Below, in pieces: positions 9,843 through 20,664 of a stretch of 64,000 nt of DNA (position 1 is its first letter; each line of letters starts with the position of its first letter). The notes under the pieces were generated by a model. The model saw nothing but the letters and a program-made list of their open reading frames with translations, was not told the origin of the DNA and searched no databases. Source of the DNA: Wickerhamiella versatilis (Eukaryota); contig JAQOWU010000008.1 of NCBI GenBank assembly GCA_030867685.1, positions 434,001-498,000 on the forward strand, given 5' to 3'. The position numbers and the translations under genes are program-made.

Positions 9843-11285
9843 ATGGAGTGGGTAGGGATGCCAGAGGTCATTGGCGGCCCTAAAGTGCAGCTGGTGCTGC
9901 TAACAACCTCAATATTTGGTCTACAGTTTGCTTGGGGCTTTGAACAAGCGTACGTGAATGTATCCTTGCTCGACCTCGGCGTTGCAAAGAGTAATCTGGC
10001 ATTCGTATGGCTGATAGGTTTACTTTGCGGTCTATTTGTTCAGCCAGTTATTGGTGTCATTAGTGACCAGTGTACCTCAAGATATGGCAGGCGAAAACCA
10101 TTCATGATATGGGGCGCCATACTAGTAGGGCTCAGTTTATTGGCATTTGCCTATTGTCGTGAAATAAGTTCATGGAAACTGGTGAGTTTCAGCCCTCGTA
10201 TGGTTGCAATTATTGCTCTTGTTGTCTTAGATATCACCGTCAATCTCTGTCAGGCATGTTGTCGATCGCTGATAGTTGATGTGTTACCTGAAAAACGCCA
10301 GAACGAGGCTAACAGTTGGGCGGGTAGACAGTCAGTTGTTGGGCATCTATTGAGTTATGGACTTTGCTCCCTTGACGTTGAGTCTTTAGGCTTCGCCTCA
10401 CAGTTGAAAGGTGTTTGCTGGATTTCAACCCTGGTTCTGATATTTGCCGTCAGTATTACAGCCACAGCAGTGAACGAGCGGGTTCTCATCTCTTCAGGCT
10501 CTATTACTGTAGGATCAAGGCTTCGAAGTTTGGTCTATGAACTTTCAGAGACTGTAACCCACCTTGACAGAGTATTGAGTGCGATTTTCAAAGTCCAGCT
10601 GTGTGCCTGGTATTCATGGTGCACTTTTCTTTTCTATGGCTCTACTTTTGCGGCAGAAATTTGGCGCATTTCTGCAGGGACTAATGATCCTAAAGGAATG
10701 ATGCGTGCAGGTTCTCTTGCTCTAGTAGTCTTTTCGGTGTCTGCAACTGCCTTTTCATCAATTCTGCCCCTTTTGTCGTACAACTTGGTATCACTATGGA
10801 TATTCAGCTTCATCTTGTTTGCTGCGGCTGAGTTCTTAATCGGATTTATTACTTCTTATGGAAAAGTTTTGTTAGTTTTTTCTTTGATAGGAATGCCTTG
10901 GGCTATGACAGTTTGGGCACCTTTCGCATTGACAGCCGAGCGCATTCATCAGTTGCCACCCCAAGAAGTAAATCCCACTTCATCCGATCATGGTTCCGTC
11001 GAATCTCAGCTTACTTTCCATACTTCGCCGACAGATAGCGATCTCCCAGAAAACTGTAGCGAGCTGGCTGGGGTGTACATGGGCATCCACAATTGCTCCA
11101 TAACCTTACCTCAATTCATTTCAACATTCGGAAGCTATATCATATTTAGAGTGCTTGAAACTGATCCTAACGACCCACATGCAGACAATGGACGCTCTAT
11201 AGCAGTAGCACTTCAAATTGGCTCTATAGCGTCACTTTTGGCTGCCTCCTATGCTCAAAAACTTCGTAAGATTCGCGTTCATTGA
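9843..11285 (+). CDS. Sucrose/alpha-glucoside:H+ symporter family (GPH; S. pombe Sut1/plant SUT-like)
   Basis: GLQFAWGFEQAY, GLFVQPVIGVISDQCTSRYGRRKPF, GVYMGIHNCSITLPQF; about 12 TM. Confidence 0.85.
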   Translation: MEWVGMPEVIGGPKVQLVLLTTSIFGLQFAWGFEQAYVNVSLLDLGVAKSNLAFVWLIGLLCGLFVQPVIGVISDQCTSRYGRRKPFMIWGAILVGLSLLAFAYCREISSWKLVSFSPRMVAIIALVVLDITVNLCQACCRSLIVDVLPEKRQNEANSWAGRQSVVGHLLSYGLCSLDVESLGFASQLKGVCWISTLVLIFAVSITATAVNERVLISSGSITVGSRLRSLVYELSETVTHLDRVLSAIFKVQLCAWYSWCTFLFYGSTFAAEIWRISAGTNDPKGMMRAGSLALVVFSVSATAFSSILPLLSYNLVSLWIFSFILFAAAEFLIGFITSYGKVLLVFSLIGMPWAMTVWAPFALTAERIHQLPPQEVNPTSSDHGSVESQLTFHTSPTDSDLPENCSELAGVYMGIHNCSITLPQFISTFGSYIIFRVLETDPNDPHADNGRSIAVALQIGSIASLLAASYAQKLRKIRVH

Positions 11286-11571
11286 GCAATTATAAAAAGC
11301 ACGGCTCATAGCAAAAAAGAAGTGTCTGTACTTTATATAACTATTTAAATAACATTAGAACTAATTCTTTAGAATGTTCGTCTATCCGACGATGCACTTC
11401 CTGATCTAGTAGTCAGATTTATCTTTAATTGTTAGAACCAAGCTATAGCTGGTTAGACTAGCTGATGAGCCTGTGCAAATTTACATTTCAACAGTTGCTT
11501 CAACAGTTATGCAAAGCGATATATCTATAATAAAATGGTAATTCGTTTGACATCCAAACGAATATGCACTA

Positions 11572-14019
11572 TTACTTTATGCCGAAGCCCTGACTTTCAT
11601 TTATTGCCATTTTGAGCTTGCGTTCCAGTTTCGCTCGGGATTTATATTTATAAAGGCCGAGTTGATTGAAACAAGTGTGCGCCACCGGTAGCCTCCTGCT
11701 ATCGTTCCCAAGACACACAATTCGAAAAGTCATATTGACAATTCCAGTTGCAGGGACACGGTCAGTGGCTGTTATGAACATCAAAAGTCTGCCTTGTTCT
11801 TCCGGACTGATTTTGGCGAAATAATCCCAAAACCATTGAATGACAGGCTCTTTATTTGACTGGTTGAAGCCCCCACCAAATTTTGAATATTTCGTTACTG
11901 AACGAAGTGCTTGAACGTCAATTGGTTTTCGATCACCACGGAGAAGCAAATCCATTTCCTCAGGTCGGAAAAGAGTGAGTGCATTACCACCAGCCACTTC
12001 AAGAAACCCGTTTTTGAAAGCCTCAAACTGCTTACTTTCAATGCCAATAGCACGTTCCGCCACCTTGATAACGTATTGTTCTCGGTTGTCTAACGTTACT
12101 GGGACATCATCGCCATTTGGTATCAACGGATCAGGACACGAATCTATACTGGAAAAACTGAGACCTAATGCATCTTCGAAGTCTGTCCCTGTAAAATCCA
12201 AAATCGCTTGCAGGCCTTGTGTCAGCTCAGGCCATATAAGACGTAAATCGTCTAGCGTGTATGATGTGCCAAGAAGTAGCTTGAAAAGAAGCAACGGTAA
12301 AGATACGTCAATCGTAACAGAATTAAACAATGCTAATCCAAGAGCAACTCCAGCAACCTGACACAGGTTCGGATCTGCGTTCTTATCGAACCAGCAGTAG
12401 TTCGAGTCTCTATCCATATTAAATATGCCTGCTGAAGGCTCAAAAAGGAGACGGAAAAATAAAAGAAACCATTCTTTCTTCAGTCCACCTGCATCAATTC
12501 CAGGCTCGTCAACAAATTCAACCCTAAGGGCTCTCCGTCGCGAACAATGCCAGGAGTCTAACTCACGCAAGGAGTCCGATAGTAAATGGTTGCGACGGAT
12601 TCTCATGGTAAATGTTCTTGATGGAACCTGTTGAGTTTCTGGATTCTGTTGTATAGCTAAGAACATCTCCCTTTGTATAGCCAAATTGACCTCACGCTGA
12701 ACTGCATGCTCGAATATTTTTGTCTTGACACCTATACTCATGATGAACGGATATTGGCAGAATGAAAACTTACGCTTTGCTGTACTGGCAGATTTCCTTT
12801 GTTGCCAGCGATCGAAATCTGCATTACAGCTGATATGATCCACAATTGTATTGTAGAAGTTTGACAAAGGGACCTTGAGTGATGGTGAGGCAATATTTGA
12901 CTCGAAAAGAATCGCCATTACCTTTACAACGGAGGATATACGCCAGTCATCACAGTACCAATCAGTTTTAATATCACTTCCAGCAGCCGATTCGTTGCGA
13001 AGATGGAACATCAGTCGGTGAGATACGTAGGCGTTCAAAAGGTCAAGAAATTCAGAAAAAACTTCATTAGGTAGTCGAGAGAAAAATGATACAGCAATTT
13101 TATGAGATTCTGAGGATGCATGAGCGAGTAATCCTGTGCACGTCTCCAGAATCATTCGGGCGCGGGCCCTCAAACTTGCATATTTACCAAGCTTTTGCAT
13201 AGGACCAGTGAGCTTGGTGAACATCGAACATTGTCCAAAAACAGGAGAGGACAATATGATAAGAATATATACCAGCTCTGAGTCTGTCAATGGACCGTAT
13301 ACACGTTGCCCAAGCACTATTTGCGCCCCTTGCATCACACCCCGCATCGGACCTGTTGAATGCATCGATCCCAACATTGAGTACAAGCGTAAGACCGAAT
13401 CAACATCAATTGACTTGTTTTCAACATTGTAGAATGAATTGGCAATGTCTTCGATGCTGCTAAAGGCCTGTTGCATAACTACCTCTAGAAGCGGATACTC
13501 ATTACTAGCGATCAGATCACCAATGAGACTGAACTCGAGGCCTTCACCACCAACACTCTTAACGGCTGGTTCTGCTACATACATTGTAGAACAGACCTTG
13601 CATGTATTCCCGTGGAAGTCTCTTGAACATACGTTGCATTCTCTCACAATACTCATCGGCAGGGTCACTCGTGTAATTGTGCTATGCCCACTTTTCATGG
13701 ATAGAATGCTCCTTCCGGACCTTGATGATCGTATCGAATGAACAGAGCTCGACCTGCGAGTTCTGCTCATGGATCGCCTCGAATTGGCGCTGCATTGCCT
13801 GCCTCTTGAGCTCAATGTCCTTGGATTATATCTCGGGGGCACATACGAATCGTTCTGACTTGGCGGCGGAGTCTGTATGACTCGAGGGGGAGTAGGGGCA
13901 CTGGTTGTATGGCTGCTTGTGGCCACGCGAGCTGGCGGTATCCTGACGAGTGTTGCCACCTCTGGGCTATGATTCTGCTCGTTTTTCTTGGATTTGAATA
14001 GCTTCCATCTATGAAGCAT
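11572..14019 (-). CDS. HUL4: HECT E3 ubiquitin ligase Hul4-like
   Basis: FSFCQYPF, EPGIDAGGLKKEWF, catalytic RLPVAHTCFNQL, C-terminal GFGIK. Confidence 0.9.
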   Translation of the reverse strand: MLHRWKLFKSKKNEQNHSPEVATLVRIPPARVATSSHTTSAPTPPRVIQTPPPSQNDSYVPPRYNPRTLSSRGRQCSANSRRSMSRTRRSSSVHSIRSSRSGRSILSMKSGHSTITRVTLPMSIVRECNVCSRDFHGNTCKVCSTMYVAEPAVKSVGGEGLEFSLIGDLIASNEYPLLEVVMQQAFSSIEDIANSFYNVENKSIDVDSVLRLYSMLGSMHSTGPMRGVMQGAQIVLGQRVYGPLTDSELVYILIILSSPVFGQCSMFTKLTGPMQKLGKYASLRARARMILETCTGLLAHASSESHKIAVSFFSRLPNEVFSEFLDLLNAYVSHRLMFHLRNESAAGSDIKTDWYCDDWRISSVVKVMAILFESNIASPSLKVPLSNFYNTIVDHISCNADFDRWQQRKSASTAKRKFSFCQYPFIMSIGVKTKIFEHAVQREVNLAIQREMFLAIQQNPETQQVPSRTFTMRIRRNHLLSDSLRELDSWHCSRRRALRVEFVDEPGIDAGGLKKEWFLLFFRLLFEPSAGIFNMDRDSNYCWFDKNADPNLCQVAGVALGLALFNSVTIDVSLPLLLFKLLLGTSYTLDDLRLIWPELTQGLQAILDFTGTDFEDALGLSFSSIDSCPDPLIPNGDDVPVTLDNREQYVIKVAERAIGIESKQFEAFKNGFLEVAGGNALTLFRPEEMDLLLRGDRKPIDVQALRSVTKYSKFGGGFNQSNKEPVIQWFWDYFAKISPEEQGRLLMFITATDRVPATGIVNMTFRIVCLGNDSRRLPVAHTCFNQLGLYKYKSRAKLERKLKMAINESQGFGIK

Positions 14020-14622
14020 TACCAACGGTGAGGTTTCACTGAAATTGAGTATGTCACCACCAGGTTGTAATATCTGCAGGTCAGTATCATAAAGGGCTAG
14101 GGTACACTTACCCAGTCGGTCGTCTCAGCAAGGTCCTAAACTGTTACTGCTATGGGTAGCTAAAATCTTCTAGGGGCAATGCTTTGCAAAATTGGGTCCT
14201 ATGCCGTAAAATAGCTCTATTTTTAGATGTTGCTTCTCTCCATGACGCATATCCTGACACGACATGACGCCACCTATTCAAGAAAACCACGTACCCAATT
14301 GTAAGTGCTCGCCTGTTGTCATAAAATCACGAATCTCAGTATTATATAGACTATTCAAAATCATGGCTAGCACTAGTATAGCGTGTCAGGCTGTCGTAAA
14401 CCAAACGAGCACAGATACATCATTAATATATATATCTATATATACATATCTCCGAATAGTGATTTCAGATTTCAAATTGCTTATTATTATCAATGAATAT
14501 GTAGAAACCACTTGACTATTTTTCGCGGAGGGGTGCTCACACGTGTTGACATACCCCCTAACCGCAACCCTGCCCGGTAACCTTGTATTACGTAATCAAA
14601 TTACCACGACAAAAGTTGTACG

Positions 14623-15417
14623 ATGACGACAAACGTGCCTACTGTCTATGCGTTTCCCGAATTTGCGGGAGTCGCAGCGGCAGTTGGCGATTTAATTGTA
14701 GATGCGCAGAATTCAGTTCTGCGTAGTCATGCCGCGCGCCGGTTCCGTATTGCGATCTCAGGAGGGTCACTTTTGTCAGTCTTGCGCGAATGCCTTGTCA
14801 ACAATCCAGATGTGGACTGGGAGAACTGGGATGTGTACTTTGCTGATGAGCGGCTGGTCCCCTTCTCATCTAAAGAATCTAACTTTGGCCGCTTCAAGAG
14901 GGAAGTGCTTGATAACCTTCCGCAGGACCGACTCCCAAACGTGTTTCCCATAGACGAAAACCTTGTAGATGATGCCCAGGAAGCAGCAGATATGTACGAG
15001 AAGTCTTTGATTCAGGGTTTCGCTGCAAAGGACAGCGTCAAACTGCCAACATTCGACTTGTTGTTGCTTGGCTGCGCACCCGACGGACATATCGCGTCAC
15101 TATTTCCAAATCATGCATTGTTACGAGAAAGGGACGCGTGGGTGGCTCCCATAGAGGATGCTCCAAAGTCGCCGGCCCGCCGAATAACTCTCACACTACC
15201 TGTAATCTGCCATTCTCACCGGGTAGCGTTTGTTGTGGAGGGGTCCGCCAAAGCTCCGATTATTAGTACAATCATGGACCGACCTGATAAAGGTTATCCC
15301 GGCTCACTTGTAAATGAGGGCGCGGCAGGCCGCGTCGCGTGGTTTGTAGACGACGATGCCTTGAATGATAGCTTTGTGACGAAAAAGGAATACAAGTTTA
15401 CTGCTAAGCGGAAGTAG
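14623..15417 (+). CDS. SOL1: 6-phosphogluconolactonase-like Sol1/Sol2
   Basis: AISGGSL, FADERLVP, LLLGCAPDGHIASLFP (the CAPDGH variant typical of Sol1/2). Confidence 0.9.
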   Translation: MTTNVPTVYAFPEFAGVAAAVGDLIVDAQNSVLRSHAARRFRIAISGGSLLSVLRECLVNNPDVDWENWDVYFADERLVPFSSKESNFGRFKREVLDNLPQDRLPNVFPIDENLVDDAQEAADMYEKSLIQGFAAKDSVKLPTFDLLLLGCAPDGHIASLFPNHALLRERDAWVAPIEDAPKSPARRITLTLPVICHSHRVAFVVEGSAKAPIISTIMDRPDKGYPGSLVNEGAAGRVAWFVDDDALNDSFVTKKEYKFTAKRK

Positions 15418-15481
15418 AAATGCTATATTTAGCTTAGGACATGCACGTCAAATACATAATTTTCAGTTTCACAAAAGGAAA

Positions 15482-16903
15482 CTAGCTCACAAGAGGCTCG
15501 GAGCCCGTTGACAACCGATTTAGATGTAAATAAACGTCTGTGCCGTAGCCCTCCATGGATATTAGACGGAGATCTCCACCAAAGTACTGGGCATATAATC
15601 GAGACACAGGAAGTCCATAACCAAAGCCCGCCATAGGTGCCTTGAAATCACCACGCGATTCTGGTTCAAGTGTCGGAGTGTCTTTCGCTGTGGTGTACAT
15701 GTAGGTCCAAACTTTCTGAACTGCTCGGCGAGGTATTCCTCCACCCTCGTCGCTGATTTTTACCGTGATATCCTCATCACCCTGCGCGATAACAACCTTG
15801 ACAGGTGGGAAATCTTCACAGTCAACCCCGTATGAGTCCACCACAGCGCGTAGAGAGTTCTTTACTACCTCAAATATCATGTGGGCAAGATGTCCTGGAA
15901 CATAGGCAAAGTTGATTTTTTCAGAATTGGAATGTAGGATGACTTTAGGAGCCTCAAATAAACCGTACCAATCTTCACATATAAAACGGGCATTATCAAT
16001 AGCCGCCTGGGTGATTTCCTTGGCGTTTGTATTTGTGCAAATGATTCCTACAAAATCGTCACGTATACCACGATCCATATTCAGTGCAATATGTTGTCCA
16101 ATGAGCATTCGAATTCCTATTCGGCTCATGTAAAACCGATCAAGAAACATTTGGACCTCCTCATTGTTTGGCACGAAGTGAGGACTTTGCTTCCACTCCA
16201 CAACTCCCTGAGCGACCGTTGCAACAACTCCATCGTGCCGTGCCTTGATTTTTTGCAATCTCTCTGTCAGTACACGATTGTACTGCTGAATCTCCAATGG
16301 CCATTGATAATCTGGAGCCACGGGTGAGTAGTATGTTCTTTGATATGGACCTGAAGGTGGTGATTGCGGTCTGGATCCTCCTGAGTAGTTCGAGGGCTCA
16401 CTGAGGATGCCAAAATCTCTCATCTGCATGGTTCTCTTTTCCTGTAGACCTGGACGGTAGAGCTTTTCTTTCAGCTCGCTGCTCAAAACAGGAGTTTCTA
16501 TTGAGGTGAGCTCTTCAAAACTCTGTGCATACCAACGTTTCACTCGCTGAATACTTGGCATCGAGCTTAGGTTGTAAGGCAGGCGGTCTAAGTCCTCCAC
16601 ACGATGAGCCAAACGTATGGGAAGCTCCTCTACAATGAACTGCGAAGCACGAAACAGCATTCCATCACTGGGATTTCCTCCGAATTGCACCATTTGCCGT
16701 AGACTGACTCCCGTCGCAGGAAATTGAGCATAGTGGTCAATTTTGCGCTGGAGCTCAGGTGTCAAATGCCAGCCTGTACCGGGTTTGATACCCACAGGTG
16801 ATGCACTGCTATGTAGTCGTCTCGCACCTCCGCTATTGCGAAATATTGCCAGCACGCTCATCACCCTGGGAATCTGGGGTATGCTTCGCAATACGTTTGT
16901 CAT
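15482..16903 (-). CDS. Mitochondrial pyruvate dehydrogenase kinase (PDK/BCKDK family)
   Basis: EELPIRLAHRV, FLDRFYMSRIGIRMLIGQH, FEVVKNSLRA, ISDEGGGI, AGFGYGLPVSRLYA. Confidence 0.93.
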   Translation of the reverse strand: MTNVLRSIPQIPRVMSVLAIFRNSGGARRLHSSASPVGIKPGTGWHLTPELQRKIDHYAQFPATGVSLRQMVQFGGNPSDGMLFRASQFIVEELPIRLAHRVEDLDRLPYNLSSMPSIQRVKRWYAQSFEELTSIETPVLSSELKEKLYRPGLQEKRTMQMRDFGILSEPSNYSGGSRPQSPPSGPYQRTYYSPVAPDYQWPLEIQQYNRVLTERLQKIKARHDGVVATVAQGVVEWKQSPHFVPNNEEVQMFLDRFYMSRIGIRMLIGQHIALNMDRGIRDDFVGIICTNTNAKEITQAAIDNARFICEDWYGLFEAPKVILHSNSEKINFAYVPGHLAHMIFEVVKNSLRAVVDSYGVDCEDFPPVKVVIAQGDEDITVKISDEGGGIPRRAVQKVWTYMYTTAKDTPTLEPESRGDFKAPMAGFGYGLPVSRLYAQYFGGDLRLISMEGYGTDVYLHLNRLSTGSEPLVS

Positions 16904-17102
16904 CAAAAGCTCAGGGAAAACCTTACCAGGCGATGATCATGATCACCCATATCTATACGTGACCTAATAACTAAAGTCTGTTCGAAAGAAATGGATAGCA
17001 TCTTGATGTTTTCTCTTTGATATTCCATACCTTCATAATCACTTGCGTCCGAGTCTCGGGCAGTCTCAGGCTTACTTAAGATATTAACGTCTGGTGAATT
17101 TC

Positions 17103-17174
17103 AGGGTACGGGTAGGTGATGTGATGTGATTGGTGAAAAATCTATTCTCGAGACCGCAGCAGCTCGTGTGACTG
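17103..17174 (+). promoter_or_regulatory. Ribosome-biogenesis-type promoter motifs: Homol-E-like AGGGTACGGGT, RRPE-like TGAAAAAT, Homol-D TGTGACTG
   Basis: Motifs at 17103-17113, 17134-17141 and 17167-17174; no ORF follows on the plus strand. Confidence 0.35.
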
Positions 17175-17471
17175 AATCACAACATTCTCTGGAATCAATA
17201 ATTTACTTATAGGCCAGTATGCTACTTTTGCTCTACTAATATAGATGTTATGAGTTGCGCATATACCCGAACCATAATTTCTTTTACCTAGAACTCTTCT
17301 ATTGTGTGAAGTTTTGATTATCCACCCAAATAATTAGTATTTCTAAGTCTGTGCTCATTGAAATTTCCACTTGCACGAGAAAACCGCATTACACATCCAC
17401 CCTCATCCCCATCCCCAGTCTCATGCAGGCTTTTCTTATCTATTTTCAACCTATGTACACACTAGACTATG

Positions 17472-17486
17472 ACACACACACACACA
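17472..17486. repeat. (AC)n microsatellite
   Basis: About 7 AC units; a similar imperfect tract lies near 39130-39148. Confidence 0.7.
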
Positions 17487-17565
17487 TTCTTAAACCTTTG
17501 TATATTAATTCGTAAAGCTCCTGCTCGGGGACGCATGGGAATACTCGACTGCTGGCGATAAATAC

Positions 17566-20451
17566 TTAGCTCAGTGTTACTCGTCCTCCGACATCATTAC
17601 TGGACGTACCCGAGGGCATTTGACCATCCCTATCGGACAAAAATTCCCTGTATATGTTACGAAGACGAGCTACCTCCTTTGGTGGAACTGAGCGCTTAAC
17701 ACCGGCTAGAGATTTCTCAAGATGAGCCCAATTGACAATTACTTCAGTATTTGCTGAAGTATTTTTAACCCCTGGATCATGATTGTCCAAGTATGGCGAA
17801 ACGTCCTGCATTCTGTGACCAACCTGAAAAAAATCATCGACACCGGGATCGCGGTTCGAATCACCGGGTGTCTCGTTGAGGTCCTGCGTGTCAAGAAGAT
17901 CATGAATAGCATCCAGATTGGCATTGTACATTAGTGCCTGGAGATCAGCACCAGTATAGCCTTCTGATAAGTCCGCAAGCTTTTGCAGATCTACATCATC
18001 TCCAACTTTAATTTTTTGTGTCGCACATTTGAGGATTTCAAAGCGATCTTTTGAACTGGGCATATCACAAATGATCGACTTGTCAAGCCGCCCTGGTCGA
18101 AGCAGAGCTGAATCAATTAAATCTGGGCGGCTTGTAGCTGCCAGAACATATACACCGTCTAAACCTTCTGCACCGTCCATTTGGGTGAGAAGTTGGTTGA
18201 CTACGCGGTCTGTAACACCCGTCGAATCATGACCACGCCTAGGCGCTATTGAATCAAATTCATCGAAAAAAATAATGCAAGGCTTGGCGGCCTGTGCTCG
18301 ATCAAATAGATCGCGAACTGACTTCTCTGATGCACCAATATATTTGTTGAGAATTTCCGGGCCCTTGACATTAATGAAGTTCAGACCACACTGAGAGGCA
18401 ATGGCACTGGCAAGAAGAGTTTTACCACAACCAGGAAATCCATAAAGTAAAATTCCACTTCTAAGACGCAGTGGACAGTTCGCAAAAATCGGTGCATACT
18501 TAGTTGGCCATTCTAGGGTCTCAAGTAATATACGCTTGGCCTCAGCGAGCCCTCCAATATCGTACCAATTTGTGCTAGCTTTTGTGAGCTGAACACCCCG
18601 TAAAGATGCAGGGGTGAAATCCTTTGCCACATCAAGGAAATCAGAGGTGTCAACAATTGTTGAATTCCGGAGGCTTGACAACGTTGCCAACCGTTCGGCA
18701 AGGACCCAAAGATCTCCAGGCTGATAGCCCTCCGTTGCAGCTGTAATCTCTGCAGTGTCAAACCCCTTATTGAGAGAAAGCCCAAGCTGCTGGGCCGCCT
18801 TCAGTATTATAGCTTCTCGAAGATCTTTGTCTGGAGAACCTATTTTTTTTGTGGACTCAAAAAAGTGAGAATCTATCATTCTTTTATTCAACGCCGACTG
18901 ATCCTGCGCTGAGACCAGAATAGTAACTTTCTTGCGTTTGACACTCTCAATCGCACTGATAAAGAATTCCGCAATCTGCCCACTACGACCAGAATCACCT
19001 TGCTCGGCAGCAGGAGGTATCAACCTGTCAAGATCATCGCACAAGATTACAGCTGGATCCTGCCAAGCAGCTAATCGAACCAAGCGCAATATAGCGTCTC
19101 TAACTTGCGATAATGACTTATCACCAAATCTGTTACTGTGGAACGTGAATGTCGCATAACCATGGTCCATCCTAAGGGACCTTGCCACTGCATCGATAAA
19201 GCTAGTCTTACCGCATCCACGTGATCCATAAACCAACACCCCAGCGCCAGTAACTAGATCTTTGACAACATCTTCGATAAGTGTTTCACGCCCAACAATT
19301 TCTCTCTCTGGGTATTTTTCTATGCTCTCGATATTCTCAGGATATCGTGAAGCTGGAAATGCCATATCAGCCCCTAATTCGACTCTCGTAGCAGTACCCC
19401 ATTCAAATCCACACTCAACGATTGCTCCATGATAAATACCATTCTCAATGTTAGGAGGAAGTAAGAGGCCATTTCCAACTTGAGATATATCCATACCATT
19501 CCAATTTCGCTTCGTTTTCACTTTGTCGTCCTCAGAAAGTGGGCGTATAATGACAGGACCACTGGAGACTGTCAAGGGAGGGCCTACCTTGAGAGAGACA
19601 TTTACTTGCCCCCCAATTTCTAATGCACAAGCCAATCCAGCAGATATACCCTTTTGTTCTGATGCTTCAAATATGGCGTTTACGCGCTTGGCTGGAGTCA
19701 CCGCATACTCAAAGTTGGCAGGTTCATTAGAATTCTTTGGCTGTCTGATTGCCGACACAGAATAAGAGTTACCTGGACACAAATTTTGATCTGGGTGACC
19801 GCAGAAGACAAGCTCCTTGCTGCTGAGTCTAGCACCATAGGGATACGCGGACCCCTTCCAAATACACTCAAAGTCACTGATTTTAGGCATGGAGCTTTTC
19901 GAAAAATCTTGCTGCTCTCGAACTTTTACTTTAGGTGCTATCACAGCCTCACAATCTGCTCCCACACGAACCACAGCCCCCACCGACGGTTCGACTCGAG
20001 TCACTTTTAGTGCTGCAATAGCTGTTGCAGAAGGAAATACCGTTATTACATGGCCAACTGATACCGCGCGAACTTGTGTTACCATCCAATTCTCCAAAAA
20101 CGCAGCATGTGTCTCGACAATTTCCCAGTCTGCCACAGTTAAAGGTTCTAGAAAAACCTGTCTTGCAGGTGGTGTATTGGTATGTAGTTGAACAGATACT
20201 CTAATACCATACGGAAGCTCTACGTTTTGAGCAAATGTCGGATCAATTTCCACACTGGTGTCCTTAGATGACATTCCGGTCCACCCAACAAACACACTGT
20301 GTTGTCCAGTGCGAAGCCCACGTTGGAATGAGAGCTCAATTACCACATTTTGAGGCGGAGTGTTCGCGTTGAACAATACATTAGATATCGGTAATGGTAG
20401 ATTTACCAAGCCGCTTCGAAGCGGGGTAAATATTACTGGGGCCGTAGCCAT
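17566..20451 (-). CDS. PEX1: Peroxisomal AAA ATPase Pex1
   Basis: PEX1-N domain (LEPLTVADWEIVETHA), two AAA domains (GSRGCGKT; GFPGCGKT, FFDEFDS, RRGHDSTGVTDRVVNQ). Confidence 0.96.
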   Translation of the reverse strand: MATAPVIFTPLRSGLVNLPLPISNVLFNANTPPQNVVIELSFQRGLRTGQHSVFVGWTGMSSKDTSVEIDPTFAQNVELPYGIRVSVQLHTNTPPARQVFLEPLTVADWEIVETHAAFLENWMVTQVRAVSVGHVITVFPSATAIAALKVTRVEPSVGAVVRVGADCEAVIAPKVKVREQQDFSKSSMPKISDFECIWKGSAYPYGARLSSKELVFCGHPDQNLCPGNSYSVSAIRQPKNSNEPANFEYAVTPAKRVNAIFEASEQKGISAGLACALEIGGQVNVSLKVGPPLTVSSGPVIIRPLSEDDKVKTKRNWNGMDISQVGNGLLLPPNIENGIYHGAIVECGFEWGTATRVELGADMAFPASRYPENIESIEKYPEREIVGRETLIEDVVKDLVTGAGVLVYGSRGCGKTSFIDAVARSLRMDHGYATFTFHSNRFGDKSLSQVRDAILRLVRLAAWQDPAVILCDDLDRLIPPAAEQGDSGRSGQIAEFFISAIESVKRKKVTILVSAQDQSALNKRMIDSHFFESTKKIGSPDKDLREAIILKAAQQLGLSLNKGFDTAEITAATEGYQPGDLWVLAERLATLSSLRNSTIVDTSDFLDVAKDFTPASLRGVQLTKASTNWYDIGGLAEAKRILLETLEWPTKYAPIFANCPLRLRSGILLYGFPGCGKTLLASAIASQCGLNFINVKGPEILNKYIGASEKSVRDLFDRAQAAKPCIIFFDEFDSIAPRRGHDSTGVTDRVVNQLLTQMDGAEGLDGVYVLAATSRPDLIDSALLRPGRLDKSIICDMPSSKDRFEILKCATQKIKVGDDVDLQKLADLSEGYTGADLQALMYNANLDAIHDLLDTQDLNETPGDSNRDPGVDDFFQVGHRMQDVSPYLDNHDPGVKNTSANTEVIVNWAHLEKSLAGVKRSVPPKEVARLRNIYREFLSDRDGQMPSGTSSNDVGGRVTLS

Positions 20452-20664
20452 TAGTCAGATTCTCGAAGTACTCCTGATCAAATGACATGGAACCCTCTTG
20501 ACCCGTCTCCAAGCTATGTCGAAGGAGACAAGAAGTCATGTTAATATCATTGTTTATTTAAAACACGTAAATCATTTATTTTAGTATCACATTGTGCTGA
20601 ATTGAATCATATTTTGTTGCAGAACCACCTGAAGCAAAGTAGTCAGCATCGCGTTGGTCTCGAC

